Below are positions 38,510-48,309 of a stretch of DNA of 64,000 bases, piece by piece. Within the stretch, counting starts at the first letter, position 1, and each line of letters opens with the position of its first letter. The position numbers were made by a program, and so were the translations under genes. The stretch covers positions 17,158-81,157 of the forward strand of contig DSCM01000096.1 of NCBI GenBank assembly GCA_011049115.1, given 5' to 3'. The stretch is from Pseudomonadota bacterium. GTDB taxonomy: Bacteria; Desulfobacterota; Anaeroferrophillalia; Anaeroferrophillales; Tharpellaceae. The notes under the pieces were generated by a model, which ran no database searches, was not told the origin of the DNA, and saw only the letters and a program-made list of their open reading frames with translations.

Positions 38510-39448
38510 ATGTTCATGGATAAAAAAATCATTCTGGCACCAATGGCCGGCTTAAGCGACCAACCCTTTCGCCGACTCTGCCGTTCTTTCGGTGCCGACC
38601 TTGCGGTCAGCGAAATGATCAGCGCTAAAGGTTTGCTTTATGGTGACCATAAAAGCCGGGAATTACTGATTCCCGGCCTCAGCGACCAACCGCACTGGGT
38701 TCAGCTTTTCGGCTCGGATCCGGAAATTATTCGGGCGGCGGCGGAACTTGCTATTGACGCGGGAGCCGACCTGATAGACATTAATATGGGCTGTCCGGTC
38801 AGAAAGGTAATCAAAACCGGAGCCGGGGCCGCGCTGTTACTGGCCCCGGATAAAGCCGAAGCCATTATGCGGGCACTTAACCGTCCGCCGGCCATCCCCT
38901 ATACCGTCAAAGTCAGAAGCGGCTGGGACAGTCGCGGGATCAACCTTGACCTTTTCATTGAACTGGCCGCCAAACACGGGGCCCGGGCTCTGACCTGTCA
39001 CCCACGGACAGCGGTCATGATGTTTTCCGGTCTGGCCGATTGGCAGCTGCTGCTGAAAGCTGCTAAAAAAAGCCCGCTGCCGATCATCGGCTCAGGCGAC
39101 TTATTTGAACCGGAAACCGCAATTGCCGCCCTGCAACAAAACAACCTCAGCGGCATCATGCTGGGTCGGGGAACCCTGGGACGCCCCTGGCTTTTTCGTG
39201 AGATCAAGGAAACTCTGAAAAACAACCCCCTTGCAAAACCTGGAGCTGAGGAAAAACGTCTGACGATTCTGACTCACAGCCGACTATTGCAGGAGGTTTA
39301 CGGGGAGAGGACCGGCCTGCTCCTCTATCGTAAACACCTGGCCTGGTATTCCCGCGGGATTTGCGGCGCGGCCGCCTTTCGCAAGGAACTGTTCAGCCTG
39401 ACAAGCATGACCGAGCTCAACCAAAAGGTCGAAAGCCTTTTTATCTGA
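38510..39448 (+). CDS. tRNA-dihydrouridine synthase
   Basis: ILAPMAGLSDQPFRRLCRSFGADLAVSEMISAKGLL and INMGCP motifs. Confidence 0.85.
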   Translation: MFMDKKIILAPMAGLSDQPFRRLCRSFGADLAVSEMISAKGLLYGDHKSRELLIPGLSDQPHWVQLFGSDPEIIRAAAELAIDAGADLIDINMGCPVRKVIKTGAGAALLLAPDKAEAIMRALNRPPAIPYTVKVRSGWDSRGINLDLFIELAAKHGARALTCHPRTAVMMFSGLADWQLLLKAAKKSPLPIIGSGDLFEPETAIAALQQNNLSGIMLGRGTLGRPWLFREIKETLKNNPLAKPGAEEKRLTILTHSRLLQEVYGERTGLLLYRKHLAWYSRGICGAAAFRKELFSLTSMTELNQKVESLFI

Positions 39449-39495
39449 AGGTAAAGCCCCGACCAAGATATCTCTTACGCAGAAAAAGGACAATT

Positions 39496-40950
39496 ATGCC
39501 TCTGTTCTTTCCCGAAGAGTATCGGCAAACCTCCTATCGAACCCTCTATGAAAGCCTCAGCCCGACAATCCGGCTTATGGTTCAACGGGAATTTGTCGGA
39601 GTCAGCTATCTGAGGCGTTTTCATCTCCTGAAAAAACAGCAGCAAGACGGAGGCTTCAGGAGAGAGCAGAAAAAAGCCGGTGCTTTTATCCATCGCAAGC
39701 TGACCATCAATCGCCTGCTCTGGCGCCGCCAGGAGCTGGTCAGAAGCCATCTCAAAATCATTTTCAGACATTATCTGTTCGGCTTTCTGGTGCAGCTTGC
39801 CGGTCGTAAGCGGGAACTCAGCCCGCCACCACATGATCCGGCTTGCCATAAAGACACTCCGATCAACCTGACCGTTCTCCGTTGGATGAACCGCCACCGA
39901 AATACCTGGGAACCCGCCCTGGCGCCGTTTCTGGAACAGGTAATCAACGAAAAAATCCGCCATCATTTCATCTACTGCCTGTTGGCGGGAACCCTGGCCG
40001 CCAGAATCTATAATCGGGACGAGATGGCTTCAGAGTGCTCCGCCGTCAAAGCCGGGCAAGTACCCGGTCGCACGCCAATCGGCCTGGAAATGGAATTCAG
40101 CAATCTCGGCCATCTGGCCATCTCCAGAAACTTAAGCACCGAAGAACTCTCCGAGGACCCTTTTCACAACATGGAATATTACAGCGCTTTTCAGCTTGAG
40201 GATGTCACCTGGCGACTGGGAGGCTACCTTGACTCGCACGAACACGGCCGTCGCCTTTTTTCACTTTCGCGCTACGGCGGATTCTTCGAATACTCTCTGG
40301 TCCGGGTCGACTATCCACGCCACTACTCACTACCTTTAACCACCGACCCCGGAATCGCCGGCCAGATGATCGACGAAACCGTCGACTTTATTCCGGAGAT
40401 CAAACCACACAGTCTGCACGTCAATCTTGAATTTCATGGTTGCGGCCAAATCGAACCCGACCTTGATGATTTTCTCTGTCTACTGCTGCTGGGTGGAGAT
40501 CTGGTTTGCGATAATTACGGCCAACTTCGGGAAAAACGCTTCGCAGACCAGGAACTGCATCGGTTCATCAAACGCCGACGCCATCTGTCCCTGCGCAGCG
40601 AGAGCAAAAAGGAGGTCATGGAATACGCCTTCCTTCGGCTCTGGCGGACAGGCCAGCGAAACTACAATTATCTGCCGGTGATCTTAGCTCTCAAAGGTTT
40701 TCAGACCGCCTATCGGTTAGCGGAAAACTGCCTAAAGTATCAGCCTCAACTTTTGGCTTGGGCAAACAAACCCTATCCCTTGCCCGATTCTTCCCTGCGT
40801 AGATTCATGGTCAACCTGGAAAATGGCCTGAGAAGCGAAGGGGTCTATGGAGAAAGATTTTTAACCGATTACGGCTCTCATCTCGTGCGCATCCTCGAAA
40901 GTCGCCGGCTGATGATCAACCGCCACTGCGGAAACACTATCCCAATGTAA
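39496..40950 (+). CDS. Hypothetical protein (~485 aa) with a possible GCS2-like carboxylate-amine ligase motif in its C-terminal half
   Basis: Start set at MPLFFPEE. TPIGLEMEF and HVNLEFHG resemble the G(I)E(L)E and H-x-H metal motifs of the YbdK/GCS2 family. The N-terminal ~230 aa are unassigned. Confidence 0.35.
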   Translation: MPLFFPEEYRQTSYRTLYESLSPTIRLMVQREFVGVSYLRRFHLLKKQQQDGGFRREQKKAGAFIHRKLTINRLLWRRQELVRSHLKIIFRHYLFGFLVQLAGRKRELSPPPHDPACHKDTPINLTVLRWMNRHRNTWEPALAPFLEQVINEKIRHHFIYCLLAGTLAARIYNRDEMASECSAVKAGQVPGRTPIGLEMEFSNLGHLAISRNLSTEELSEDPFHNMEYYSAFQLEDVTWRLGGYLDSHEHGRRLFSLSRYGGFFEYSLVRVDYPRHYSLPLTTDPGIAGQMIDETVDFIPEIKPHSLHVNLEFHGCGQIEPDLDDFLCLLLLGGDLVCDNYGQLREKRFADQELHRFIKRRRHLSLRSESKKEVMEYAFLRLWRTGQRNYNYLPVILALKGFQTAYRLAENCLKYQPQLLAWANKPYPLPDSSLRRFMVNLENGLRSEGVYGERFLTDYGSHLVRILESRRLMINRHCGNTIPM

Positions 40951-41674
40951 AGTTATCCCAGCGCTTACGACGATTACGACGACACTGTTCGGGATTTTTA
41001 CAGAATCTGGCGCAAGCGGAAGAGGCTGACCAGCGGGCATAGAGCTCTTCATTCAGGCACAACACCGGGTCGATATGGACATGTTGCGGTTGCGGCCGTT
41101 CTCTTAACCTTTTAAAAAGATTACGCAAAAAGCCGCTTTTTTTAACTGGAGGCTGCTCACTGAGAAGCTTCCAGTTACCGCAGGAGACAAAGAATTGTTT
41201 TTTATTTTCCGGAGCCAGATGTTCCAGTGGATAAGTGTAAACCCAGGCTTCGTGCTCGATAAACACCTTGTTGCCTGAGTCATCCAGCCCCTCGGCAATA
41301 ACCGGCAGCTTTCGCCGCAAATAAACACTTCGCCGCGAGTCATCCGGATAATAGTTTTCAAGCAGGTCGAGAACCCGCATGATTCTGGCGGGATGGCTGA
41401 ACGTCATGAGCTCACCGACAACCAGATCCTGGCACCCATCCAAAGTTATCAGGCCAGGGAAACCGATAGGCAGCTGATAAAGAAAACCCTGGCAATAGGC
41501 CGGTTGAATAGTTTTAACCTTTCGCAAAAGAAAACGGTTAAAATTTTTATAGCGCTCCATGAGGCTGCCGTAAAAGAAGAAATATGGGGTTTCCAGCGCG
41601 GCTTCCCGACGCATTTGCAGCAATTTCCCCCATCGACTATTTTTAACTATAACCGTTCTCCCGACAAGCAGCAC
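40937..41674 (-). CDS. Gamma-glutamyl cyclotransferase-like (AIG2/GGCT fold) protein with a Cys-rich basic C-terminal tail
   Basis: YFFFYGSLM motif, then a C-terminus CLNEELYARWSASSACARFCKNPEQCRRNRRKRWDNF. The start may be the internal MRREAALE. Confidence 0.5.
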   Translation of the reverse strand: MLLVGRTVIVKNSRWGKLLQMRREAALETPYFFFYGSLMERYKNFNRFLLRKVKTIQPAYCQGFLYQLPIGFPGLITLDGCQDLVVGELMTFSHPARIMRVLDLLENYYPDDSRRSVYLRRKLPVIAEGLDDSGNKVFIEHEAWVYTYPLEHLAPENKKQFFVSCGNWKLLSEQPPVKKSGFLRNLFKRLRERPQPQHVHIDPVLCLNEELYARWSASSACARFCKNPEQCRRNRRKRWDNFTLG

Positions 41675-41687
41675 CGGCTGCTCCGCA

Positions 41688-42821
41688 CTAAGGTTTTTGG
41701 CGCCGAGCCACCTTGATTATTATTTCGGCCGCCTTTTCCGGCATACTGAAAACATCTTCCCGTTCGACATAGCGCAAAGCATTCCGGGACCAGGCATTTC
41801 GGTGGCGGGACAACAGCATTCGCGCCAGAAGAAGATTTAATCTTTCCTGCACAAACGGTGAGGTTAAAACCAACCCAGCCTGGGCTTGACGAATATGCCC
41901 GCTGTAACCGCAGACATCGGTGGCCAGGACCGGCAACCCGGCGGCCAAGGCTTCAATCAACACGGTACCGGTATTCTCTTTATAAGCCGGATGAATCAGA
42001 AGATCCGCCGCCACCAGAAAACGAGTAATATCGTCACGCCCGGGAAAGAAAATCACTCTGCCGGCAATTCCAAGACTTTTCGCCAAGCGTGCAAAAGGTG
42101 AAAAATTATCCTTACCGATCACGACCAGAAAACAATTTTCCCGAATTTCTTCCGGTAAAGAGGCCACGGCCAGCAAGGCGCGATCAACTCCTTTGGTCTT
42201 GAATCCGGAGCCCACCAGCAAAACCAGATAGCTGTCAGCCCCAACCCCGAGCTCGGCTCTCAATCCGGCGCCGAGGGCGGCGGCGTCAAGCGGGCGCAAA
42301 CGATCTCGGGAAATTCCCGGTGGCAAAAGAAATAAGCGTTCTTCCGGAGTCTGATAATAATGCTGATAAAGATGTTTTTCTGCCTCCGACAGCATCAGCA
42401 CTACACTTGGCGAAGCTGCGGAGAAAACCGCTTTTTCCAGAAAGGAATAGACCCGATAGCGGCCGCTGAGACGGTAGAAAATATTTCGTTTTTCATTTTT
42501 TGCGGCATAACAGCTGTCCGCCGCGAAATAAACATCCAGACCCGGCATCTTGCTGAAACCGACGGTTGCGGCATACTCTCCAGTGGAGGTCATGCGGGAC
42601 AGTTCCAGCGCAAGCGCCAGACGGCGCGCATGATTGGTTACGCACCGGACGCGAACCAGCCGCAAGGTCAACCACTCGGGAACCGGACCGACCCAGTCAA
42701 GAGTAATAACCTCGATCCGGTACCCGGAACGATGACAGATCTCGGCAATCCTAAGAAAGTCCCTCTGCAATCCCCCGTAAGGGAAATATTTGATCAGACA
42801 GAATGCCAGCTTCAAACTCAC
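41688..42821 (-). CDS. Glycosyltransferase family 4 (GT-B) protein
   Basis: 377 aa with the GT1/GT4 C-terminal E-x7-E region. Confidence 0.7.
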   Translation of the reverse strand: MSLKLAFCLIKYFPYGGLQRDFLRIAEICHRSGYRIEVITLDWVGPVPEWLTLRLVRVRCVTNHARRLALALELSRMTSTGEYAATVGFSKMPGLDVYFAADSCYAAKNEKRNIFYRLSGRYRVYSFLEKAVFSAASPSVVLMLSEAEKHLYQHYYQTPEERLFLLPPGISRDRLRPLDAAALGAGLRAELGVGADSYLVLLVGSGFKTKGVDRALLAVASLPEEIRENCFLVVIGKDNFSPFARLAKSLGIAGRVIFFPGRDDITRFLVAADLLIHPAYKENTGTVLIEALAAGLPVLATDVCGYSGHIRQAQAGLVLTSPFVQERLNLLLARMLLSRHRNAWSRNALRYVEREDVFSMPEKAAEIIIKVARRQKP

Positions 42822-42950
42822 GTTTTTTACCGTACCCCGTAATCCTGAAAAGCAAGACTTTTACCTGGACGAATTATCCCTGTCATCAAGGGCAATGTCG
42901 AAGCTTCGGTTTTTACCCTTATTGCCATTGCCGCCCAAGCCACCGCCTCT

Positions 42951-43922
42951 TCATTGTTTTTCAGGTTTGACAAAAATGATATTTATTTCATCACCACGCC
43001 CGGAATCAAGCCCGGCCGCGACAACGTAAACCCGGGCCAGCAGCCGCCGCAGCCGGCGTTTACGCGAAGGTTTTCCCCGATTGCCGGAAACATAATCCCA
43101 ACTGTTAAGGATAGCCTTAGGTGATGATTCGGTAAACCACCGTTTCGGAATAAAACCCTGCTCCTGCGCCAGGCGGCGCAGATTCGCCGGAGAATAAAGC
43201 ATCAGATGACGCGGAGCGTCATTAGGATACCATTTCGGTCCAAACCAGTTGCGCGCCAGGGCCCGGCTGTTCGGGGTTTTTAAAACCAGCCAACCGCCGG
43301 GCTGTAAAATACGAAAAATCTCCGCGACGAAGGCTTTAGGTTCGGCAATATGCTCCAAAACATGACGGGCCGTGACGACAGCAAAAGTTTCATCGGCAAA
43401 ACCCGCCTGGGCCAGTTCCCCGGCAAAAACCCGCAGACCCGCTTGACGACAAGTCTGTGCGGCACCGTCATTAAATTCAACCCCGTCAACCTCCCAGCCC
43501 AAGTTACGCATGCTCTGCAGATAGCGTCCTGAACCGCAACCAACATCCAGGAGACGGTGATTGCCCAAAAAGTGGACCGCATCCCGCAGCACCAAGGGGG
43601 CCAGACACCATGAAAGCCACCCAGGGACGGAACTGTCAAGATGCCGATAACCGTATTTATCCCTGAGCACCGCTTTTTCGAACCGATTTTTATTTTTTAA
43701 CGAAGTCGGCCGATAGGGATCGTACTGCTCCGGATAAAACGAGGCAATTTTTTCCGGACTCGGCAATGGCATCTGATAAATCAACCCACAAATCCGACAT
43801 TCAACATACTCATAACGGCCTGGTAATCCATGGAGAAGATCGGTGCCGACAAAAGCAGGTCGCCGCTGGGATGAAGCGCATAAAGGACACAAATCATTTT
43901 CAGATAAGAAAGATTTATTCAT
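42951..43922 (-). CDS. Class I SAM-dependent methyltransferase with an N-terminal zinc-ribbon
   Basis: CPLC...CRICG zinc-ribbon followed by LLDVGCGSGRYL motif I. Confidence 0.7.
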   Translation of the reverse strand: MNKSFLSENDLCPLCASSQRRPAFVGTDLLHGLPGRYEYVECRICGLIYQMPLPSPEKIASFYPEQYDPYRPTSLKNKNRFEKAVLRDKYGYRHLDSSVPGWLSWCLAPLVLRDAVHFLGNHRLLDVGCGSGRYLQSMRNLGWEVDGVEFNDGAAQTCRQAGLRVFAGELAQAGFADETFAVVTARHVLEHIAEPKAFVAEIFRILQPGGWLVLKTPNSRALARNWFGPKWYPNDAPRHLMLYSPANLRRLAQEQGFIPKRWFTESSPKAILNSWDYVSGNRGKPSRKRRLRRLLARVYVVAAGLDSGRGDEINIIFVKPEKQ

Positions 43923-43924
43923 AA

Positions 43925-44929
43925 TCAGCTTTGCTCAGGACTAAAATCGCTTTCCAGAGAACCCATAATTTTCGCAAAGACCACCGGCCCGCTGTAATTT
44001 TTCAAAAAAATTTCCCGGCCGGCCTCTCCCATTGCACGACGCATTTTCCGGTTCCGAGCCAAACGTACAATCGCCGCCTGCCACTGTTCAGGATTATGCG
44101 CCAAAAAACCACTGACACCATCTGCGACTACCTCGCGATTGACACCGGAGGCGGACGATACCACCGGCAGCCCGGCAGCCATGTACTGAATTATCTTTAA
44201 AGCGCATTTTCCTCTGGTAAAAGGATTATCCGGCAACGGGGCGAGCCCGATATCGGCCGAAACCAGATCGTAAGCCTCGTGCGCTTTCGACCAGGGCACG
44301 GCTAAAACATCAAGGTGCTGCGCCGACAGACTGAAATCGGCGATAATCTTCAAGCGCAAACCGGGAACCGCCAAAGCCGTTTCTTCAAGTACCGGCATGA
44401 TGGTCAGAAGGTGTTTACGGGTGGAACGACTGCCGATCCAGACCAGATCGACAAAAGAGTCTGACCGGTCAACCTTTATTTTTTCATAGGCTTCAGGGAA
44501 AACCGAGGTCGGAATCACCCTGACCCGGCGCTGGTAGGGCTCGGCGGCGGCGGCCAGATAACGGTTGCCGGCCCAGATCTGATCGCAGCACGAAACCATC
44601 CGCGCAAAACCTTTCTGCCGGCGTCTGGAGACGGCGCCTGAACTCTTGCAGAAAATCGCGTCATCGAAATCAAAAATCAGATACCCGGCAAAATAGCGCA
44701 ACAGCCACAAGAAAGGATAACTGTAGGTTCTGCGGGAAACCACCAGCACCTCGGCGGTTTTAGCGGCCTTCAGCACCGCCAGCCGCTCGAACCAGGAACC
44801 GCGTTCAGCCAGACAACTGATTTGCCAGCCGTGACGTATAAAAAGAGCTTCATACTGCAGAATCCGATAACGGGTTGCCGGATCTTCCAGCCCCTTACAG
44901 ACAAAAACGATTCGGCGCGGCCTCACCAC
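43925..44929 (-). CDS. Glycosyltransferase family 1/4 protein
   Basis: 334 aa GT-B protein with the motif AAGLPVVSSASGVNREVV. Confidence 0.65.
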   Translation of the reverse strand: MVRPRRIVFVCKGLEDPATRYRILQYEALFIRHGWQISCLAERGSWFERLAVLKAAKTAEVLVVSRRTYSYPFLWLLRYFAGYLIFDFDDAIFCKSSGAVSRRRQKGFARMVSCCDQIWAGNRYLAAAAEPYQRRVRVIPTSVFPEAYEKIKVDRSDSFVDLVWIGSRSTRKHLLTIMPVLEETALAVPGLRLKIIADFSLSAQHLDVLAVPWSKAHEAYDLVSADIGLAPLPDNPFTRGKCALKIIQYMAAGLPVVSSASGVNREVVADGVSGFLAHNPEQWQAAIVRLARNRKMRRAMGEAGREIFLKNYSGPVVFAKIMGSLESDFSPEQS

Positions 44930-44965
44930 GGCGAAAACTCCTTTTGCAAAACCACATCTCCTAAC

Positions 44966-46624
44966 CTAGCCGGCGTCATAGATTATAACCCGATCGTGTC
45001 GACGATTGCTGAAAACTTTAACCGGTTCCCGCTCAAGTTCGCGGGAGATCTCAGCCGTACTCCCAGGAAAATGGCGGCTCACCCACAGGGCAATGTAAGC
45101 TTTGTCCGGCCAGGGTTTTTCCTGTAAAAGAGCGGCCGAGAACTTAAGCCGCAAAGGTCTTTTTTCCCAATAACCATCCATGCGACCGCTGTAGTAATAA
45201 AGTTTGGGGTTGTTGCTGTACAGTGATTCATGGGGCGGAAGATTGTCCTTCAGCCATAAACCGGCTTCTTTGATAAAATAGTCCGAGTTTCCAGGCCAGC
45301 TCAGAAAACCACCCAGGGACTGAATCACCAGAAAAACCGCGGCCGGATAAAGAAGCCAGCGTTTAAGCGGTAAAATTCTTTTACCGCTCCGCCATAACAA
45401 AAAATACGCATCAAAAATAAAAGGCAATAAGAGCAAAAGAGTGATCCCCAGAGGATAAGCAAACCGCCTCTGCAGGTAATACTCGGCAAAAACAAAAACC
45501 AGGAGAATAGCAGCATTGAGGAGCATCGTCCAGATCAGGACAATTAACAGATCATGGTTAAGACGACGCAGGTAACGCCAGGGGCGACAACCGAGCACCC
45601 CGACATAAACCGGGGTCAGGGTGGCCAACAGTTTATGTAGAAAAATTACCAGCGGAATCAGTATCAGAACGGCCCCCGCGTAGTTCTGAGAATACGGATA
45701 AAGAACCTTTTCGAGCATCTCGCTTCTTTGCGCCAGCCCGCCGTTCAGAGCTCTATAAAATTTTTCCCCGAGCGCCAGAGCATCCCCCAAACGACCCCAC
45801 TCCAACAATTTGGCTCCGGGATTTTTTGTCGACTGCAAAAAAATCATCGCGCTTACAAAAAAGATCAGGTTGATCAGTTGCGTTTTGGCAAAAAAATACC
45901 ATCGCTGAGGGCTGGGTCTTCTCTGCCAGAGCATCGACAGCGGCAGCAAAAGCATAAACAACAAACCTTCGACACGAAACATGGTGGCCAGGAGCATGCT
46001 CCCCCACCAACCCAGAACCTCGCGCCAACGACCACTATGAGAAAAGCGCAGGATAAAAAAAAGCGCCAGAAGATAAAATCCCCAATAGCCATGATCACGA
46101 ATGATTTCGCAGCGGTCCTCCATTAAAACCGGATGAAAGACAATGATCAGAGCCGCCCATAAAAGTACTCGCTCTGAATTTTCGAAGAGACGGACACACG
46201 CCAGAAAAGCGTAGGTTAGCAGGGCTGAAAAAAAAGCCGTCAGCAGAAAGGCCGCAGTTTCCAGAGCAAACCCGGTAAGCTGGCTGATTCCGGCGATGCA
46301 GAGAGGATAGAAAAACCAGTTATAAAGTTCCGCCGCTGACCCGAAATTCCCCTGCTGCAGGCGCTCGGCCACGCTGATATAAAGAATACCGTCAAGGTTG
46401 ATCGTGCCGCCGGTAAAAGAGGTCCATAAAGACAGTATAACACTGATCGAAACCGCTATTAAAACGATAGAATCGGCAGCTGGAAACTTGGTTTTTATCT
46501 GTCTGCGGACACCACGGTCAGGGTTGCTTGCGATTTTCTCACTCCTCCTGAAACTGCATATTGTACAATTTGGTATATTCACCAGCGGCTGCCAGCAGCT
46601 CCTTATGGGTGCCTTCCTCGACAA
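44966..46624 (-). CDS. Polytopic membrane glycosyltransferase (ArnT/PMT GT39/83-like)
   Basis: More than 10 predicted TM helices. The listed start overlaps the msbA 3' end by 86 nt, so the true start is probably an internal alternative codon. Confidence 0.55.
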   Translation of the reverse strand: MSRKAPIRSCWQPLVNIPNCTICSFRRSEKIASNPDRGVRRQIKTKFPAADSIVLIAVSISVILSLWTSFTGGTINLDGILYISVAERLQQGNFGSAAELYNWFFYPLCIAGISQLTGFALETAAFLLTAFFSALLTYAFLACVRLFENSERVLLWAALIIVFHPVLMEDRCEIIRDHGYWGFYLLALFFILRFSHSGRWREVLGWWGSMLLATMFRVEGLLFMLLLPLSMLWQRRPSPQRWYFFAKTQLINLIFFVSAMIFLQSTKNPGAKLLEWGRLGDALALGEKFYRALNGGLAQRSEMLEKVLYPYSQNYAGAVLILIPLVIFLHKLLATLTPVYVGVLGCRPWRYLRRLNHDLLIVLIWTMLLNAAILLVFVFAEYYLQRRFAYPLGITLLLLLPFIFDAYFLLWRSGKRILPLKRWLLYPAAVFLVIQSLGGFLSWPGNSDYFIKEAGLWLKDNLPPHESLYSNNPKLYYYSGRMDGYWEKRPLRLKFSAALLQEKPWPDKAYIALWVSRHFPGSTAEISRELEREPVKVFSNRRHDRVIIYDAG

Positions 46625-48263
46625 TCTCCCCTTTATCCAGAACTACAATCCGATCGGCGTTGACTATCGTCGACAGACGATGGGCCACCACCAGCGAAGT
46701 TCGGCTCTCCATCAAACGATCAATGGCTTCCTGAACCGCTCTTTCCGACTCGGTGTCCAGGGAAGAAGTCGCCTCATCAAGCAGAAGAATCGGGGAATTT
46801 TTCAGTAAAGCCCGGGCAATTGAAAGCCGCTGTTGTTGCCCGCCGGAAAGCCTGACCCCGTTTTCCCCGATGATCGTATCGTATTGCTCCGGCAGTTCTT
46901 CGATAAAGGTATGGGCATTGGCGGAACGGGCGGCATTTATAATATCGTCAAGACTTAGATCGGTTCGACCATAGGCAATGTTATTACGAACTGTATCATT
47001 AAAAAGGACGGTCTGCTGCGAGACAATCGCTATCGCCGCCCGCAGAGACTGCTGGGTCAGGTCTCGAATATCCAGATCGTCGATCATGATCCGCCCGCTT
47101 TTAACGTCATAAAAACGAGGCAGCAGATTAAGGATGGTGCTTTTGCCTCCACCGCTGCGGCCGACCAGGGCCACGGTTTCACCCTTGCGCAGTGACAAAG
47201 AGACCCCGCGCAGCACGTCGTTTTCGTTATCGTAGGCGAAAACGACATGCTCAAAACGAATCCCGTTTCTAATCGGAGGCAGTTCGACCGCTCCGGGACG
47301 ATCAATGATTTCAGGCTCCAGGTCAAGAATTTCAAAAACCCGTTTGCCGGCGGCCAGGGCTTCCTGAATCTGGTTGTTGCTGCGGTTAAGGCTGCGAATC
47401 GGCCCATAGAGCATAAAAAGAGCCGTCATGAAGGAAAAGAAATTACCCGGAGTGGAATGTCCCTGCACCACCTGACTGCCACCGTACCAGATCACAGCAG
47501 CGGCCGCCAGACCGCCGGCGGTCTCGGAAATCGGCACCGTCAGAGATTTGATTTTCAGCTGACGCAGAACCAGACCCAGCAGTTTTTCATTGATCGTCCG
47601 AAATTCCCTCTGATTATAGGACTCCATCTGAAAGGCCTTGATAATCCTGATACCGGTAAAACTCTCTTGCAGAAAAGATGTGATTCCCGCAACCTGAACC
47701 TGACTTTTTTTACTGAAGCGCCGCATTTTGCGACTGTATTTGAAAATCGGGAAAAAGAATAAAGGAAAAACCACCAGGACAATCAGGGACAGCTGCCAGT
47801 CCCGATAAATGATAACGCCGACCAGCCCCAAAGCCGTGACCATATCCTTGAGTAGACCGGAGATAACATTGGAAACCGCCCGCTGGATCATGGACACATC
47901 ATAGATAATACGCGAAGTCAGAACCCCGCTGGCGGTCGCGGTAAAAAAGGAGAGGGAGAGCTTCTGAATATGAAAATAAACCTCTTCCCTGATCGTCGTG
48001 ACGATCCGACTCCCGACATACCCGGTGTAGTAGGTCTGGAAATAATTGGCGACCCCTTTCAAAGCGAAAAGCAGAATCAGGACCAAGGGCAGAGACTTGA
48101 GCTTGACAGCATCCTTATTGATAAAGATATCGTCAAGCGCGGGCTTCACGAGAAAAGCGACTGCCGAGGTCAGCAGTGAGAACGCCACCATACAAAAAAT
48201 TGATAGCAGCAACGGCCACCACAGGGGGCGGAGATAATTTAGCAGGCGACGATAATTCTGCAT
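46539..48263 (-). CDS. msbA: ABC transporter permease/ATPase, MsbA-like lipid exporter
   Basis: Six-TM domain followed by Walker A GRSGGGKST, signature LSGGQQQR and Walker B ILLLDEATS. Confidence 0.8.
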   Translation of the reverse strand: MQNYRRLLNYLRPLWWPLLLSIFCMVAFSLLTSAVAFLVKPALDDIFINKDAVKLKSLPLVLILLFALKGVANYFQTYYTGYVGSRIVTTIREEVYFHIQKLSLSFFTATASGVLTSRIIYDVSMIQRAVSNVISGLLKDMVTALGLVGVIIYRDWQLSLIVLVVFPLFFFPIFKYSRKMRRFSKKSQVQVAGITSFLQESFTGIRIIKAFQMESYNQREFRTINEKLLGLVLRQLKIKSLTVPISETAGGLAAAAVIWYGGSQVVQGHSTPGNFFSFMTALFMLYGPIRSLNRSNNQIQEALAAGKRVFEILDLEPEIIDRPGAVELPPIRNGIRFEHVVFAYDNENDVLRGVSLSLRKGETVALVGRSGGGKSTILNLLPRFYDVKSGRIMIDDLDIRDLTQQSLRAAIAIVSQQTVLFNDTVRNNIAYGRTDLSLDDIINAARSANAHTFIEELPEQYDTIIGENGVRLSGGQQQRLSIARALLKNSPILLLDEATSSLDTESERAVQEAIDRLMESRTSLVVAHRLSTIVNADRIVVLDKGEIVEEGTHKELLAAAGEYTKLYNMQFQEE

Positions 48264-48309
48264 TACAGATCGATACGGAAAGTTTTATGAATACCATAAG
48301 GGAAAATCA

